Assembly (NCBI GenBank): GCA_965248355.1 | Contig: OZ252098.1 | Location: 770,543 to 834,542 of the forward strand | Source: Candidatus Latescibacterota bacterium | GTDB taxonomy: Bacteria; Latescibacterota; UBA2968; UBA8231 | Length of the DNA: 64,000 bases | Reading direction: 5' to 3' | Shown: positions 17,448 to 26,609 of the stretch, piece by piece | How the letters are laid out: the number at the start of each line of letters is the position of its first letter | Position numbering within the stretch: the first letter of the stretch is position 1 | Notes under the pieces: generated by a model | Seen by the model: the letters and a program-made list of their open reading frames with translations, nothing else | Databases searched by the model: none | What the model was told of the DNA's origin: nothing | Made by a program: the position numbers and the translations under genes

Positions 17448-19994
17448 ATGCCCAGGTCCAACAAAGGCGTGTACGTTGGCTTTTTCGAGGGGTTGCTGGT
17501 CCTGATGGCCTCCATCCATCCGGCTGCGCACGCACAGGTCGAACTGGCCCATGGGGGAAAGGCCAGGGCAGTCATCGTGGCCGACGAGTGGGTGCCCGAA
17601 ACGACCGCAGCATTTGGGCAGTTGTCCGTTTCTACCCCGAAGGAGGAAGACCTTCTTCGTGAAACTTTCGAAGGAACGGTTGGTCAGTCCATCGGGACCC
17701 GGGGATGGACGAATGTTGAAGGTGCGTATGTTGTTTCCCATGACGGTAAGGAGTTGGGATATTCGGCCAGAGCCCGCTCCACAAGCTCTCCGCAGTATGA
17801 GGCGGTCTCGGAAAAAAAGCTGTCCCGCCCACACACGATCACCGAGGACGCGCCGTTGACGCTGGAGTATGTGCTCGCGCGGCCAGCCGACACCAGCCAC
17901 GAGTCGTGGGCTTACGCTGGCGTTCATACGGAGAATGGAAAGCGATGGGCCCATGGAATCCACATCGCGCGGGGTGGCGCCGTCTTTTTCGAGTTTGCGG
18001 CCGAAGCGGCCGATCCTGATCGCGTACCGATGCCCGGCGAGGCGAGCCGGGTTTTGGATATGAAAATGGAAGTGCGGCCAACCACCGTGCGGTGGTACTG
18101 GCGCAATCATGGGGCCGGCGAGCCATACAAGAGATGCCAGGAGGGGACGATTTCCGGCCCTGTAACGATTACCGGGGTTCGCATCAGCACGATGAATCAT
18201 CTCGGAGACAGCAAGGGAGATCTGGCAGGCCTTCGGCAAATGGCGGCAACGGGCGACCTGAAGAAGTATCTGGACGCCGTGACCGGGGCAGAATTCGAGA
18301 TTGTGCGTCAAATGGAGGTCGCCGATGGCATGGCGAGGATCCTCGTGGGCGATTCGCATCACGCGAGAGCGCTTGCGCCCGACGTGGATTGGGACTCGCT
18401 GGGACCAGATAACATCGTGATCAAAACCATCGGAAATGATCTGGTGCTGGCCGGAGGCCAGCCACGCGGAACCGTGTACGCCATCTACACGTTTCTCCAA
18501 GACCCGCTCGGTTGCCGCTGGTGGGCACCTGGCGCCGTGAGCATCCCCAGCCAGCCGAACTTGACCGTGCCGGCAATGGATATTGTGTACCATCCGCCTT
18601 TCAACATGCGCGTCCATGCCGGCACGTACGGTGCAACCCACGAGGCACGGGTTTGGCATCGGTTGAGCTTCGACGTGAACTATGATTGGACCACCCACAG
18701 TTTCCCCAAACTGTTGCCCCCCAAGGAGCATTTCCTCGAGCATCCGGATTGGTTCATGTATTGCAAAGAGGATGGTGGCGAGGATGAGAGGTACAGCTAT
18801 CTTCACACACTCAGTTACTTGGAGAGGGAGAGCAAGACGGATCGACCAGAGGCAGCGTTGATCGGCCAGTATCTGGAGGTCGCCAGGCGAACCCGGCGCT
18901 TGCCCGGGCAGCCGTGCCCGAACAGCGAGGGGGGAGAGCGGACGATTACCGCCAACGTGTTGGCCGAATTGGAGCGCGACTACCCAGGCTGGAATTATCC
19001 ACAGAAGATTGCCTGGGTGCTTCAGGGGGATGGGCGGAACATGTGCACGTGTGATCGCTGTGACGCGGTGCGCCGGGAGGAAGGATCCGACTCGGCGAAC
19101 TGGATGCGATTGGTCAATGCCATTGCAGAAAGAGTCGAGCGGAAATATCCCGATGTCCTGGTCGGCATGTTTGCCTATCTGCATACCGAGGCACCGCCCA
19201 GCACGATGCGTCCGCGGAAGAACGTGTTGGTCTATCAGGCGCTGCTCGACATGAACCGACTGGACCCGGTACCGAACTACGCCTTTCACCGGGAGGCGAT
19301 GAAGAAGTGGGCCAACATGAGCTCGCAGCTGTTCGTCTGGGACTACGATGGCAATTTTCGCCATCACTTCCAGCCGCATCCGAATTATTTCAACATGGGT
19401 GTCAACGCCAGATTCTTCCAGGAGATCGGGGTGGACGGCATCATGCTCCAGGCCAGCTACGGAACCGCGGCGGACATGGGACCTATGCGCACCTGGGTGG
19501 CCGGGCAGATGATGTGGGATCCACGACGGGACCAGCGAGAGCTGATGGAAGAGTTTCTCAGTGGCTATTACGGGGCGGCTGGACCGTATTTGATGGAGTA
19601 CATCGATGCGATGGTAGCCGCCGCGCACCGCCACGGTGACGATTTTTGGCTGTCATGCTTTGAGACCGATACCGCCAACTGGGCGACGCTGGAGGATCTT
19701 AATGAAGCGACGCGTCTGTTCGATGAAGCGGCGGCTGCAGTAGCCGGGCAGGATGTCTTGTCAGAGCGAGTGTGGCTGGCTCGTTCGTCCGTCGACATGG
19801 CCTGGTTGGACCGGTACGACGAGTTGCGTCAGGATGCGGAGCGCAGAGGCGTGCGGTTTGGAGGGCCAAAGAATCCAGAGAAGGTGGTGGATGGACTGGC
19901 ACCCTATCGGCACGCATGGGGACAATTCAAGTTGCCGGGGGATTTCTCGGAGTATTTCGACGGCTTGCGAGAGAGATTTCCTTCGCGGAATTGA
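17448..19994 (+). CDS. DUF4838-like glycoside-hydrolase-like secreted protein
   Basis: Signal peptide and a GH67/alpha-glucuronidase-like N-terminal region (VYAIYTFLQDPLGCRWW); 848 aa. Confidence 0.6.
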   Translation: MPRSNKGVYVGFFEGLLVLMASIHPAAHAQVELAHGGKARAVIVADEWVPETTAAFGQLSVSTPKEEDLLRETFEGTVGQSIGTRGWTNVEGAYVVSHDGKELGYSARARSTSSPQYEAVSEKKLSRPHTITEDAPLTLEYVLARPADTSHESWAYAGVHTENGKRWAHGIHIARGGAVFFEFAAEAADPDRVPMPGEASRVLDMKMEVRPTTVRWYWRNHGAGEPYKRCQEGTISGPVTITGVRISTMNHLGDSKGDLAGLRQMAATGDLKKYLDAVTGAEFEIVRQMEVADGMARILVGDSHHARALAPDVDWDSLGPDNIVIKTIGNDLVLAGGQPRGTVYAIYTFLQDPLGCRWWAPGAVSIPSQPNLTVPAMDIVYHPPFNMRVHAGTYGATHEARVWHRLSFDVNYDWTTHSFPKLLPPKEHFLEHPDWFMYCKEDGGEDERYSYLHTLSYLERESKTDRPEAALIGQYLEVARRTRRLPGQPCPNSEGGERTITANVLAELERDYPGWNYPQKIAWVLQGDGRNMCTCDRCDAVRREEGSDSANWMRLVNAIAERVERKYPDVLVGMFAYLHTEAPPSTMRPRKNVLVYQALLDMNRLDPVPNYAFHREAMKKWANMSSQLFVWDYDGNFRHHFQPHPNYFNMGVNARFFQEIGVDGIMLQASYGTAADMGPMRTWVAGQMMWDPRRDQRELMEEFLSGYYGAAGPYLMEYIDAMVAAAHRHGDDFWLSCFETDTANWATLEDLNEATRLFDEAAAAVAGQDVLSERVWLARSSVDMAWLDRYDELRQDAERRGVRFGGPKNPEKVVDGLAPYRHAWGQFKLPGDFSEYFDGLRERFPSRN

Positions 19995-20022
19995 GCGAGT
20001 CGCCTGGCTGGGGGATTGAGAG

Positions 20023-20829
20023 ATGACGAGAGTCGGATCGGAAAACTGTCGCTACGAGGAGCGGCACGACTGGCTGCGGCTGCCGAGGGCTGGAGCTTCT
20101 GCGAGGTCGTGGACGTGGCCGCGGACGCGCAGAACGGGTCTGCGTCTTCAACCGGGGCCACCAGCCGGGCATAGTCTTCGAGGCCGACGGCACCCTAACC
20201 GGGGCCTGGGGATGTTCACTCGGCCCCACGGCCTCACCGCGGGCCCGACGGCGCCCTTTGGGCCGCCGATGACGACGGCCACTGCGTGCGCCGCTTTCAC
20301 CTGGGACGGCGAGCTGAGGCTGTCCCTCGGCACGCCCGGACAGGGATCAGCGCCGCACAGCGGGCCCCCTTCAACCGCGCCAGCAGAGGGGCCGTCGCCA
20401 TCCGCTCCGAGGCGATCTACATCCTACGCGGGGCGCGTCTACGTGGCCGACCGCGAGAACCACCGCGTCCAGATCTTCGACCGCCAAGGCGGCCTACCTC
20501 GACCAGTGGAACGACATGCACCGGCCCTGCGGCCTCCTGGTCTCCGGCGACCGGGCCTACATCGGCCGGCTGCCAGCCACCTCGACGTCAACTCCGGCTA
20601 CCCCAACATCGGCGGCTGCGTCACCATCCACGACCTCGACGGCAACCAGCTCGGCCTCCTGGGCGGCGTCCACCCTGGCGAGGGGTCGGGGGAGTACTCG
20701 GCGCCCCACGGTTTGGCGGTGGACTCGCGGGGGGACCTGTACGTGGGCGAGGTCTCGTGGAGCGCCTATGGCCGGCGGGTGGATCCGCCGCGGCTGGCGC
20801 CCTGCTTTTGCAGGCTGGTCCGGGTGTGA
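20023..20829 (+). pseudogene. degraded duplicate of the NHL-repeat gene at 14586-15527
   Basis: About 85-90% nucleotide identity to 14620-15527, with several frameshifts and an internal deletion of roughly 140 nt. Confidence 0.75.
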
Positions 20830-20890
20830 GGGGGCACGAGGGACTCCTGGCGGCCATGACACGAACCGGTTGCTGGATGGAGGAAGTTCC

Positions 20891-21862
20891 GTGTTGAACC
20901 ATCCGATTATCGTTCTGGGCGTAGAGCGCAGCGGGACGTCTGTCGTCGCTGAGATGATACACAGATGGGGTGCGTACGCTGGTGCTTCTGAAAAGCTGCA
21001 CAAGGCCGACGCAAATGCGCCCAGAGGATATTGGGAATTCCTGCCGTTATGGGACTTGCTGGCCGAGTTGGCAGATTTCGCTTCCGGGGAGACCTGGTGG
21101 GACCGTGACTTCCAACAGCGCATGAGAGAGAAAGTTTCTGACCCGGCCTACCGAACGAAAGCCACTGAACTGATGCTCGAAATGGACACAGGTGGACCCT
21201 GGTTCTGGAAGGATCCTGCTCTTGCCCATTTCTTGCCGTTCTGGAAGAGGATATGGGGAGATGCGGTCTATGTCATCTCGCTCCGCAACCCTCGCGACAT
21301 CGCAATATCCTGGCAGAAATTCATCATGCCGTGCAATGTGCAAGTCCGAATCTCCTTCCTGGCGATGAATCTGCTGCGATGGCAGCACATGATGACATTG
21401 ATACTGAAGCACACGGAAGATGCGGCGCACCGGCTGTTTCTTGGATACGAAGACATCATGCGTCAACCCCGTGAGCAGGCTGGGAGATTGTCCGACTTCC
21501 TGAACGTCAGTTTCGGAAAGCAAGTCTCAAGGACCGAGGTGATGGCCGAGGCGGTTGATTCTCGACTGTGGCGAAACAACTGCAGGATCCCCTTTGAGGA
21601 AGTGACTGAAGCTACAGATCAACAGAAGGCCCTCTATGCCTTTGCAAGGCGGAAGATCAAGAGTCCCTTGGAGCGTTTCGACATTGCGAGGTATCCACTG
21701 CCGCCCGGTCACCTTGAATTCCTGAATATCCAAGAGGCTCTCCTGATGGCCTGCCGCGACCTTGAAGCACAAACGAAGGTCTCTGAAGCCGTGCCCCGCC
21801 AGGAGACCTCTGCGAAACCGGCTGGAGGTTCGTGGGCTACTGAGAGGCGGACGTGCTGCTAA
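20891..21862 (+). CDS. sulfotransferase family protein
   Basis: PAPS 5'-phosphosulfate loop GVERSGTS and 3'-phosphate motif SLRNPRD; GC near 52%. Confidence 0.8.
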   Translation: MLNHPIIVLGVERSGTSVVAEMIHRWGAYAGASEKLHKADANAPRGYWEFLPLWDLLAELADFASGETWWDRDFQQRMREKVSDPAYRTKATELMLEMDTGGPWFWKDPALAHFLPFWKRIWGDAVYVISLRNPRDIAISWQKFIMPCNVQVRISFLAMNLLRWQHMMTLILKHTEDAAHRLFLGYEDIMRQPREQAGRLSDFLNVSFGKQVSRTEVMAEAVDSRLWRNNCRIPFEEVTEATDQQKALYAFARRKIKSPLERFDIARYPLPPGHLEFLNIQEALLMACRDLEAQTKVSEAVPRQETSAKPAGGSWATERRTCC

Positions 21863-21892
21863 GATGGGTCTTCACGATGTTCGAGGCATCGA

Positions 21893-22057
21893 CAACCCAT
21901 TGGTTTGGAAATCACGGCACCGGAACAGATGACGGCTGCCCAGATCAACCCCGTTCTGTAGCCTTGATCTTTCTCCCATGAAGGAGGAGGACTTGTCGCC
22001 GCTCGAGGCCGTGTGACTTTGGCAACGCGCGTGCAGCAAGCCAGGGAGACTCTTCCA
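21893..22057. repeat. copy 2 of the 165-bp repeat, carrying a degraded DUF2283 3' end
   Basis: Aligns to 15878-16040; the frame is broken. Confidence 0.7.
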
Positions 22058-22225
22058 ATGAAGTACAAGGTCGCACTGAAGGAGTCCGACGAGGGATACA
22101 GCGTTTCTGTGCCTGCACTACCTGGGTGTTGGTCACAGGGCGCAACACAGATGGAGGCGCTTGCGAACATCGAAGTGGCTATACGCGAGTACCTGGCAGC
22201 TGTCGACCAATTGCGGGAAGGCTGA
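22058..22225 (+). CDS. hicB: HicB-family antitoxin-like protein (orphan; no HicA detected)
   Basis: YSVSVPALPGCWSQGATQMEALANIEVAI matches the HicB/UPF0150 signature. Confidence 0.65.
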   Translation: MKYKVALKESDEGYSVSVPALPGCWSQGATQMEALANIEVAIREYLAAVDQLREG

Positions 22226-22283
22226 AGTTCGGGAGGTTGTCGAAGAGGAGTTCTGCTTGTCCCCTGACAGCGTCCCACCTCGC

Positions 22284-22700
22284 ATGAGCTACCCGGGCGT
22301 GGTCCGAGGCATTCAGCGGCACGAGGGCCTCGATGATCCCGTTTTCCTCGGAGCCGGAGAGGATGCCTGGGCTTTCGCGCTCTCCGATACCGAGGCGATC
22401 CGCATCTTCCCGCACGCGTCGAAGAGCTTCGTGTCGGAGCTGGTGCATCTCTACGATCGGCTCCAGGGACACTCCTTCTCCTTCCAGTGTCCGCGCATCC
22501 ATGACGTGCGGACCCACGAGGGGGTCGTCTACACCAAAGAGGTTAGGCTCCCCGGACGCCCGATGGGGGAGTTCTGCCGGGAGGCCGATGGGGAAGCCCG
22601 GCGGCGGGTCCTGCGGAACTACCTGAAGGCGGTGCGGGAGCTGGCAGGGGTCGAGATGAGCGACCGTGACTTCGAGGATTCTGTCTCGGCTGGTGCCTAA
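22284..22700 (+). pseudogene. truncated aminoglycoside/choline-kinase-like phosphotransferase N-lobe
   Basis: The N-lobe pattern is present but the catalytic C-lobe is missing. Confidence 0.4.
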
Positions 22701-22804
22701 CGCGCCTGTACGGCGATTGTGCTTGCGTCCCTGTATCGGGGAGACTCGCGGATCGTTCGGAAGTGTCTGAGAGCCCTGCACGAGACGGCTGGAGTGCTCT
22801 GACC

Positions 22805-24811
22805 ATGAAGAGTCGAATTGCCCATCCCTGTTCAACTGTGAGCCTTCATCTCTTCGGCGCCTGCGTAACCGCGGCGCTCGTCGGCACACTGCGCCCGGCT
22901 TCAGCCACGGAAGGCGGCCCCAACACCTACGGCCGCCACCCTGTGAAGATGACTCTCCCGGGAAGCCTGCGCGGCTTTCTGGAGAACGGGGAGGTGATTA
23001 TCACGGCCCGGGACAGCAGCCTGCAGTACTGGGATGTGATCGGCGGGGAGCTACGAGATTCGGTGAACATGGGAATCGGCGTGGAACAGAGCGTGCTCTC
23101 GCCGGACGGCGCCAACCTGGCCCTGGTAAAGACCTATGAGAAAAGCCCGGAGAACTGGCTCTTCAAAGTGCTCCTGGTGAACGTCGCCAGTGGGGACCTC
23201 GTGGAGACCGACGGGACGACGAATTGGCGGGGAACCCTCGCCTTCTCCCCGGACGGCACTACCCTGGCCCACAGAACGCCTGATGAAATCCACCTGTTTG
23301 AAGTGGCCACGGGTCGGATCCAGGACGTTCTTCCCGACTCCACCTGGCAAGGTAGTTGGCCCTCCGACGGCATGGCCTTCTCCTCGGACGGATCGCTCCT
23401 GGCCAGCATCTACCGGAATGGAGATTCAGGAATCCATCTGTGGGACCTCGATAGCGGGAGACTGAGTGCGACGATCCCGATTGAGTATCCTCCCCATGAC
23501 CTGGCCTTCTCGTCCGATGGGTCGACCTTGGGCACGGCCGATGGCCTGTGGGACGTCGCCAGTGGCCAACGGCTCTCCAGCTTCGCGTTCGGCTTCGGAT
23601 ACCGCGAGACCGTGGCCTATTCCCCGGACGGGGAGACCCTGGCCGCCTGCGACTGGTTCGAGGTCGCCCTATGGGACAAGGACGGCCGATGGAAGGCCCT
23701 TCTGACAAGCGGTGCCTCTGGATACCGGAATGTGACGTATTCGCCTGACGGATCGCTCCTGGCGAGCACGACAGACGGTTACCCTGGGCCGAGAGTCCTG
23801 ATATGGGACTTGAGGGCCTATCCACCCCACAGTCCCGTGCGGGGGGAGGTCGTCCTGGTGGATTCTCTCGGGAACCCGATCCCGGACATGGAGCTGTCGT
23901 TGGCGCATGATGAGTTCTACTCCTGGATCACGGAGACGGACTCCGAGGGCCGGGCGCCGCTCTGGGTCTATCGTGACGGGTATCACGGGGTGCGAACCCA
24001 CTACGAGTGGCCGGGCCTGGAGGAGTATCTGTACGCCTACTGGCCGCAGACTCGCTGGAGTTATATCCCCTTGCTCCGGGACCGTCGGTTCATCCTGACG
24101 CTGACGCTGGTGGGAGGAGTCGCCCCGGTGGGCGACTCCTCCCCGGGAAATTTCACCACGCCGGACCGACTGCGACCCTGGGACATCGCAGGCCTCCCGG
24201 TCCATCGCATCGAAGTAGAGGTCCGGGTGCCCGACCATACGGATCATCGGGAAGGGGACCATGTCCGGATGGCTCGCTCCATCTCCGGACAGCTCGATCG
24301 ACATACCTGGATTGCGGAGCTCGATTCTACCGGGAGCGCCCAGTTGCCCATCGCCACGACGTCCCGATCCACGGGATTCTATCAGGCGGAGTTCCGCGGG
24401 TACAGGGAAGGGTCCGGATCCGACCTGTTGGGTTCCTGGAACAGCATTCCTCTCAACGAGGGGCGGCGTTACATCCTCGAACTCCCGCCCGGCCGCCCGG
24501 CGCGACTCACGTCCCTGGGGGCGATGAAGACAGCCATTCCAGCCTCTTCCGAGAGGAGTCTCGGCCGGAACGTCCCGAACCCTTTCAACGAGACAACGCG
24601 GATCCCGTATCGCCTGGTCGAGCCTGGCCGCGTGCGGCTGGTGATCTACAACGCCATGGGCCAACCGGTGCGCACCCTGATCGACAGGTTCCAGAGGGCC
24701 GGGGACTACCAGGTTGTATGGGACGCTCGAGACCTCGCCTCCGGAGTCTACTTGGCGCGTCTGTCCGGGCCCCGCGGTGTGGAGACAGGCCGGTTGCTTC
24801 TTCTCAAGTAG
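22805..24811 (+). CDS. secreted PD40/WD40-like beta-propeller protein with a T9SS-type C-terminal sorting domain
   Basis: Signal peptide, repeated FSPDG/YSPDG blades, and a C-terminal domain like NPFNETTRIPYRLVEPGRVRLVIYNAMGQPVRTL...GVYLARL. Confidence 0.75.
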   Translation: MKSRIAHPCSTVSLHLFGACVTAALVGTLRPASATEGGPNTYGRHPVKMTLPGSLRGFLENGEVIITARDSSLQYWDVIGGELRDSVNMGIGVEQSVLSPDGANLALVKTYEKSPENWLFKVLLVNVASGDLVETDGTTNWRGTLAFSPDGTTLAHRTPDEIHLFEVATGRIQDVLPDSTWQGSWPSDGMAFSSDGSLLASIYRNGDSGIHLWDLDSGRLSATIPIEYPPHDLAFSSDGSTLGTADGLWDVASGQRLSSFAFGFGYRETVAYSPDGETLAACDWFEVALWDKDGRWKALLTSGASGYRNVTYSPDGSLLASTTDGYPGPRVLIWDLRAYPPHSPVRGEVVLVDSLGNPIPDMELSLAHDEFYSWITETDSEGRAPLWVYRDGYHGVRTHYEWPGLEEYLYAYWPQTRWSYIPLLRDRRFILTLTLVGGVAPVGDSSPGNFTTPDRLRPWDIAGLPVHRIEVEVRVPDHTDHREGDHVRMARSISGQLDRHTWIAELDSTGSAQLPIATTSRSTGFYQAEFRGYREGSGSDLLGSWNSIPLNEGRRYILELPPGRPARLTSLGAMKTAIPASSERSLGRNVPNPFNETTRIPYRLVEPGRVRLVIYNAMGQPVRTLIDRFQRAGDYQVVWDARDLASGVYLARLSGPRGVETGRLLLLK

Positions 24812-24838
24812 AAGCCCCGACTCCTGCCAGCCCCCCGA

Positions 24839-25384
24839 ATGACCTTGATGTGGACGACCAGGAACCCCCCCCTCCGGGTGCAGACAACCCGGTTGAGCAC
24901 CTTCGAACGCGAAAGGGCCAGCTGGCCGGTCTCGCTCCGGCGAAGGCACTCGGCGGATGCCGGCCGAACCTGGGTCTTCAGCGATGGGGGCGGGAGCGGC
25001 AGGTTCTCGGCGGTGGTCATCCGTCCGGGAATCGAGGAGCACCGGATGTCCGGACAGCGAGATTCCCCGTCCAACAGCGTGGTAGCCGAGCTGGACGGTG
25101 TCGTGCTGGGTCTGGAGAACTGCCGACCCCGTGAAAGGGTCACGATCGTCTCCGACTACCTCTGGACGGCATACTACATCAACGGCTGGCGCCGGGTGCA
25201 CCATCCTCATCTGCGCGAAGGGGTGATCCGGGCGAGGTCCTGCCTCGAGAAGTTGGGGAGTGCCGTGTTCGTCCATTACGTGCTGGAGACGGGGGGCGAG
25301 TGCGCCTTCAGGCGATGGAACGCGGTCGCTCATGACCTGTGTCAGGAAAGCTCGACAACTTCGCGCGCTGCTACCAGTATTTGA
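24839..25384 (+). CDS. RNase H-like protein (RNase HI fold)
   Basis: Catalytic residues line up as DGG ... AEL ... SDY ... NAVAHDL. Confidence 0.6.
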   Translation: MTLMWTTRNPPLRVQTTRLSTFERERASWPVSLRRRHSADAGRTWVFSDGGGSGRFSAVVIRPGIEEHRMSGQRDSPSNSVVAELDGVVLGLENCRPRERVTIVSDYLWTAYYINGWRRVHHPHLREGVIRARSCLEKLGSAVFVHYVLETGGECAFRRWNAVAHDLCQESSTTSRAATSI

Positions 25385-25415
25385 CGTCGGTTCCTCTTCT
25401 CATGGCGAGGCCATC

Positions 25416-26600
25416 ATGACCAGCACCCTGACCGATCGACAGATCGCCGATTACCGTTCAGACGGCTACCTCATCATCCGCGATGTCGTCTCCTCTCAGG
25501 AGACCTCGGAACTGAGGCGCATCGTCCAGCGGATGGTCGGCGAAGAAGCGTACCCATCCTCTCGGAAATACCCCGCACCCGGCAAGTACACCATCGGCGG
25601 CAACCGTCTCGCCGAACCCGGATTGTCGCCCATTGCCGAGCATCCTGCCGTCGTCGAGGCCGTCGAAGCCATACTTGGGCCACCCGTTCATCTGACCGCC
25701 TACGTCGCCTATCTGCGCTCCCCGGGCGACAAAGGCGGCAGGGCTCACTGCGACTACAAGCGGTGGCGACCCGTGGGCTCTTCAATGCGCTGGCTCTTTG
25801 CCATCATCCCATTGAACGACTTCAACCGCGAGTACGGCCCGCTGCTGGTCTCGCCCGGCTCCCACAAACTCACGCAGGTCGTCGACCCGGAGGCGCACAT
25901 CCTGGATGTCACGCTCCCAGATCGCGAGCAACTACCCGACCTTGTCGATCCCGAGCTTGGGGCCGGCGACCTGCTGCTGATGGACATGTATACCTGGCAC
26001 GGCGCACCGGGAGGGACCACTTCCGATGACCGCGTCGGGATCTTCAACAAGTACTGTGCCGTCAACGCACCGCCCGCCGCGGGCTACTATCCATACGACG
26101 GCACCGCCTACGATGCGTTGAGCGACGCCGGCAAGCGGCTGATACCGCTGCACTTCGACCAATCGATCACGGACACCCGGCTGCTCATCGAATCGACATC
26201 CGGTGCGGAGTCGCGGTATCTCCTGACCAGCGCGGACGGCAATGGGAGCTGGGAACTGCCCGGTGGCCCAAGTCGGGAAGAAGAAGGGGCCGGCTGGGAC
26301 ATCGGCTGTCGAATCGGCTCCCTGCAGTCGCTCGTCAAGAGTCGGTTGAACGTCGATCTCCCGTGGGCATCCTACATCGAGGATGTCCCAACCGATGGGG
26401 GCGTATCCCGCGTCTACGGGTATGACGGCGAAGTGGATCGCGGGTCACTCGGCGCCGAGAACTGGTTCACGCAGGACCAGCTCCTGAACATGCTCGGCGA
26501 GTCGCACGCCATCTGCCGCGCTGTCTCGACCTGGCACCGGGAGGACCTCATTCGGGGCAAAGGCAAGGCTGTCCGCCAGAAGCCAGTGCAGTTCGAATAG
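25416..26600 (+). CDS. PhyH-family dioxygenase with a C-terminal extension of about 140 aa
   Basis: PhyH core with HCDY...H; the extension contains WELPGG but no canonical Nudix box. Confidence 0.7.
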   Translation: MTSTLTDRQIADYRSDGYLIIRDVVSSQETSELRRIVQRMVGEEAYPSSRKYPAPGKYTIGGNRLAEPGLSPIAEHPAVVEAVEAILGPPVHLTAYVAYLRSPGDKGGRAHCDYKRWRPVGSSMRWLFAIIPLNDFNREYGPLLVSPGSHKLTQVVDPEAHILDVTLPDREQLPDLVDPELGAGDLLLMDMYTWHGAPGGTTSDDRVGIFNKYCAVNAPPAAGYYPYDGTAYDALSDAGKRLIPLHFDQSITDTRLLIESTSGAESRYLLTSADGNGSWELPGGPSREEEGAGWDIGCRIGSLQSLVKSRLNVDLPWASYIEDVPTDGGVSRVYGYDGEVDRGSLGAENWFTQDQLLNMLGESHAICRAVSTWHREDLIRGKGKAVRQKPVQFE

Positions 26601-26609
26601 GAGCCGCCC

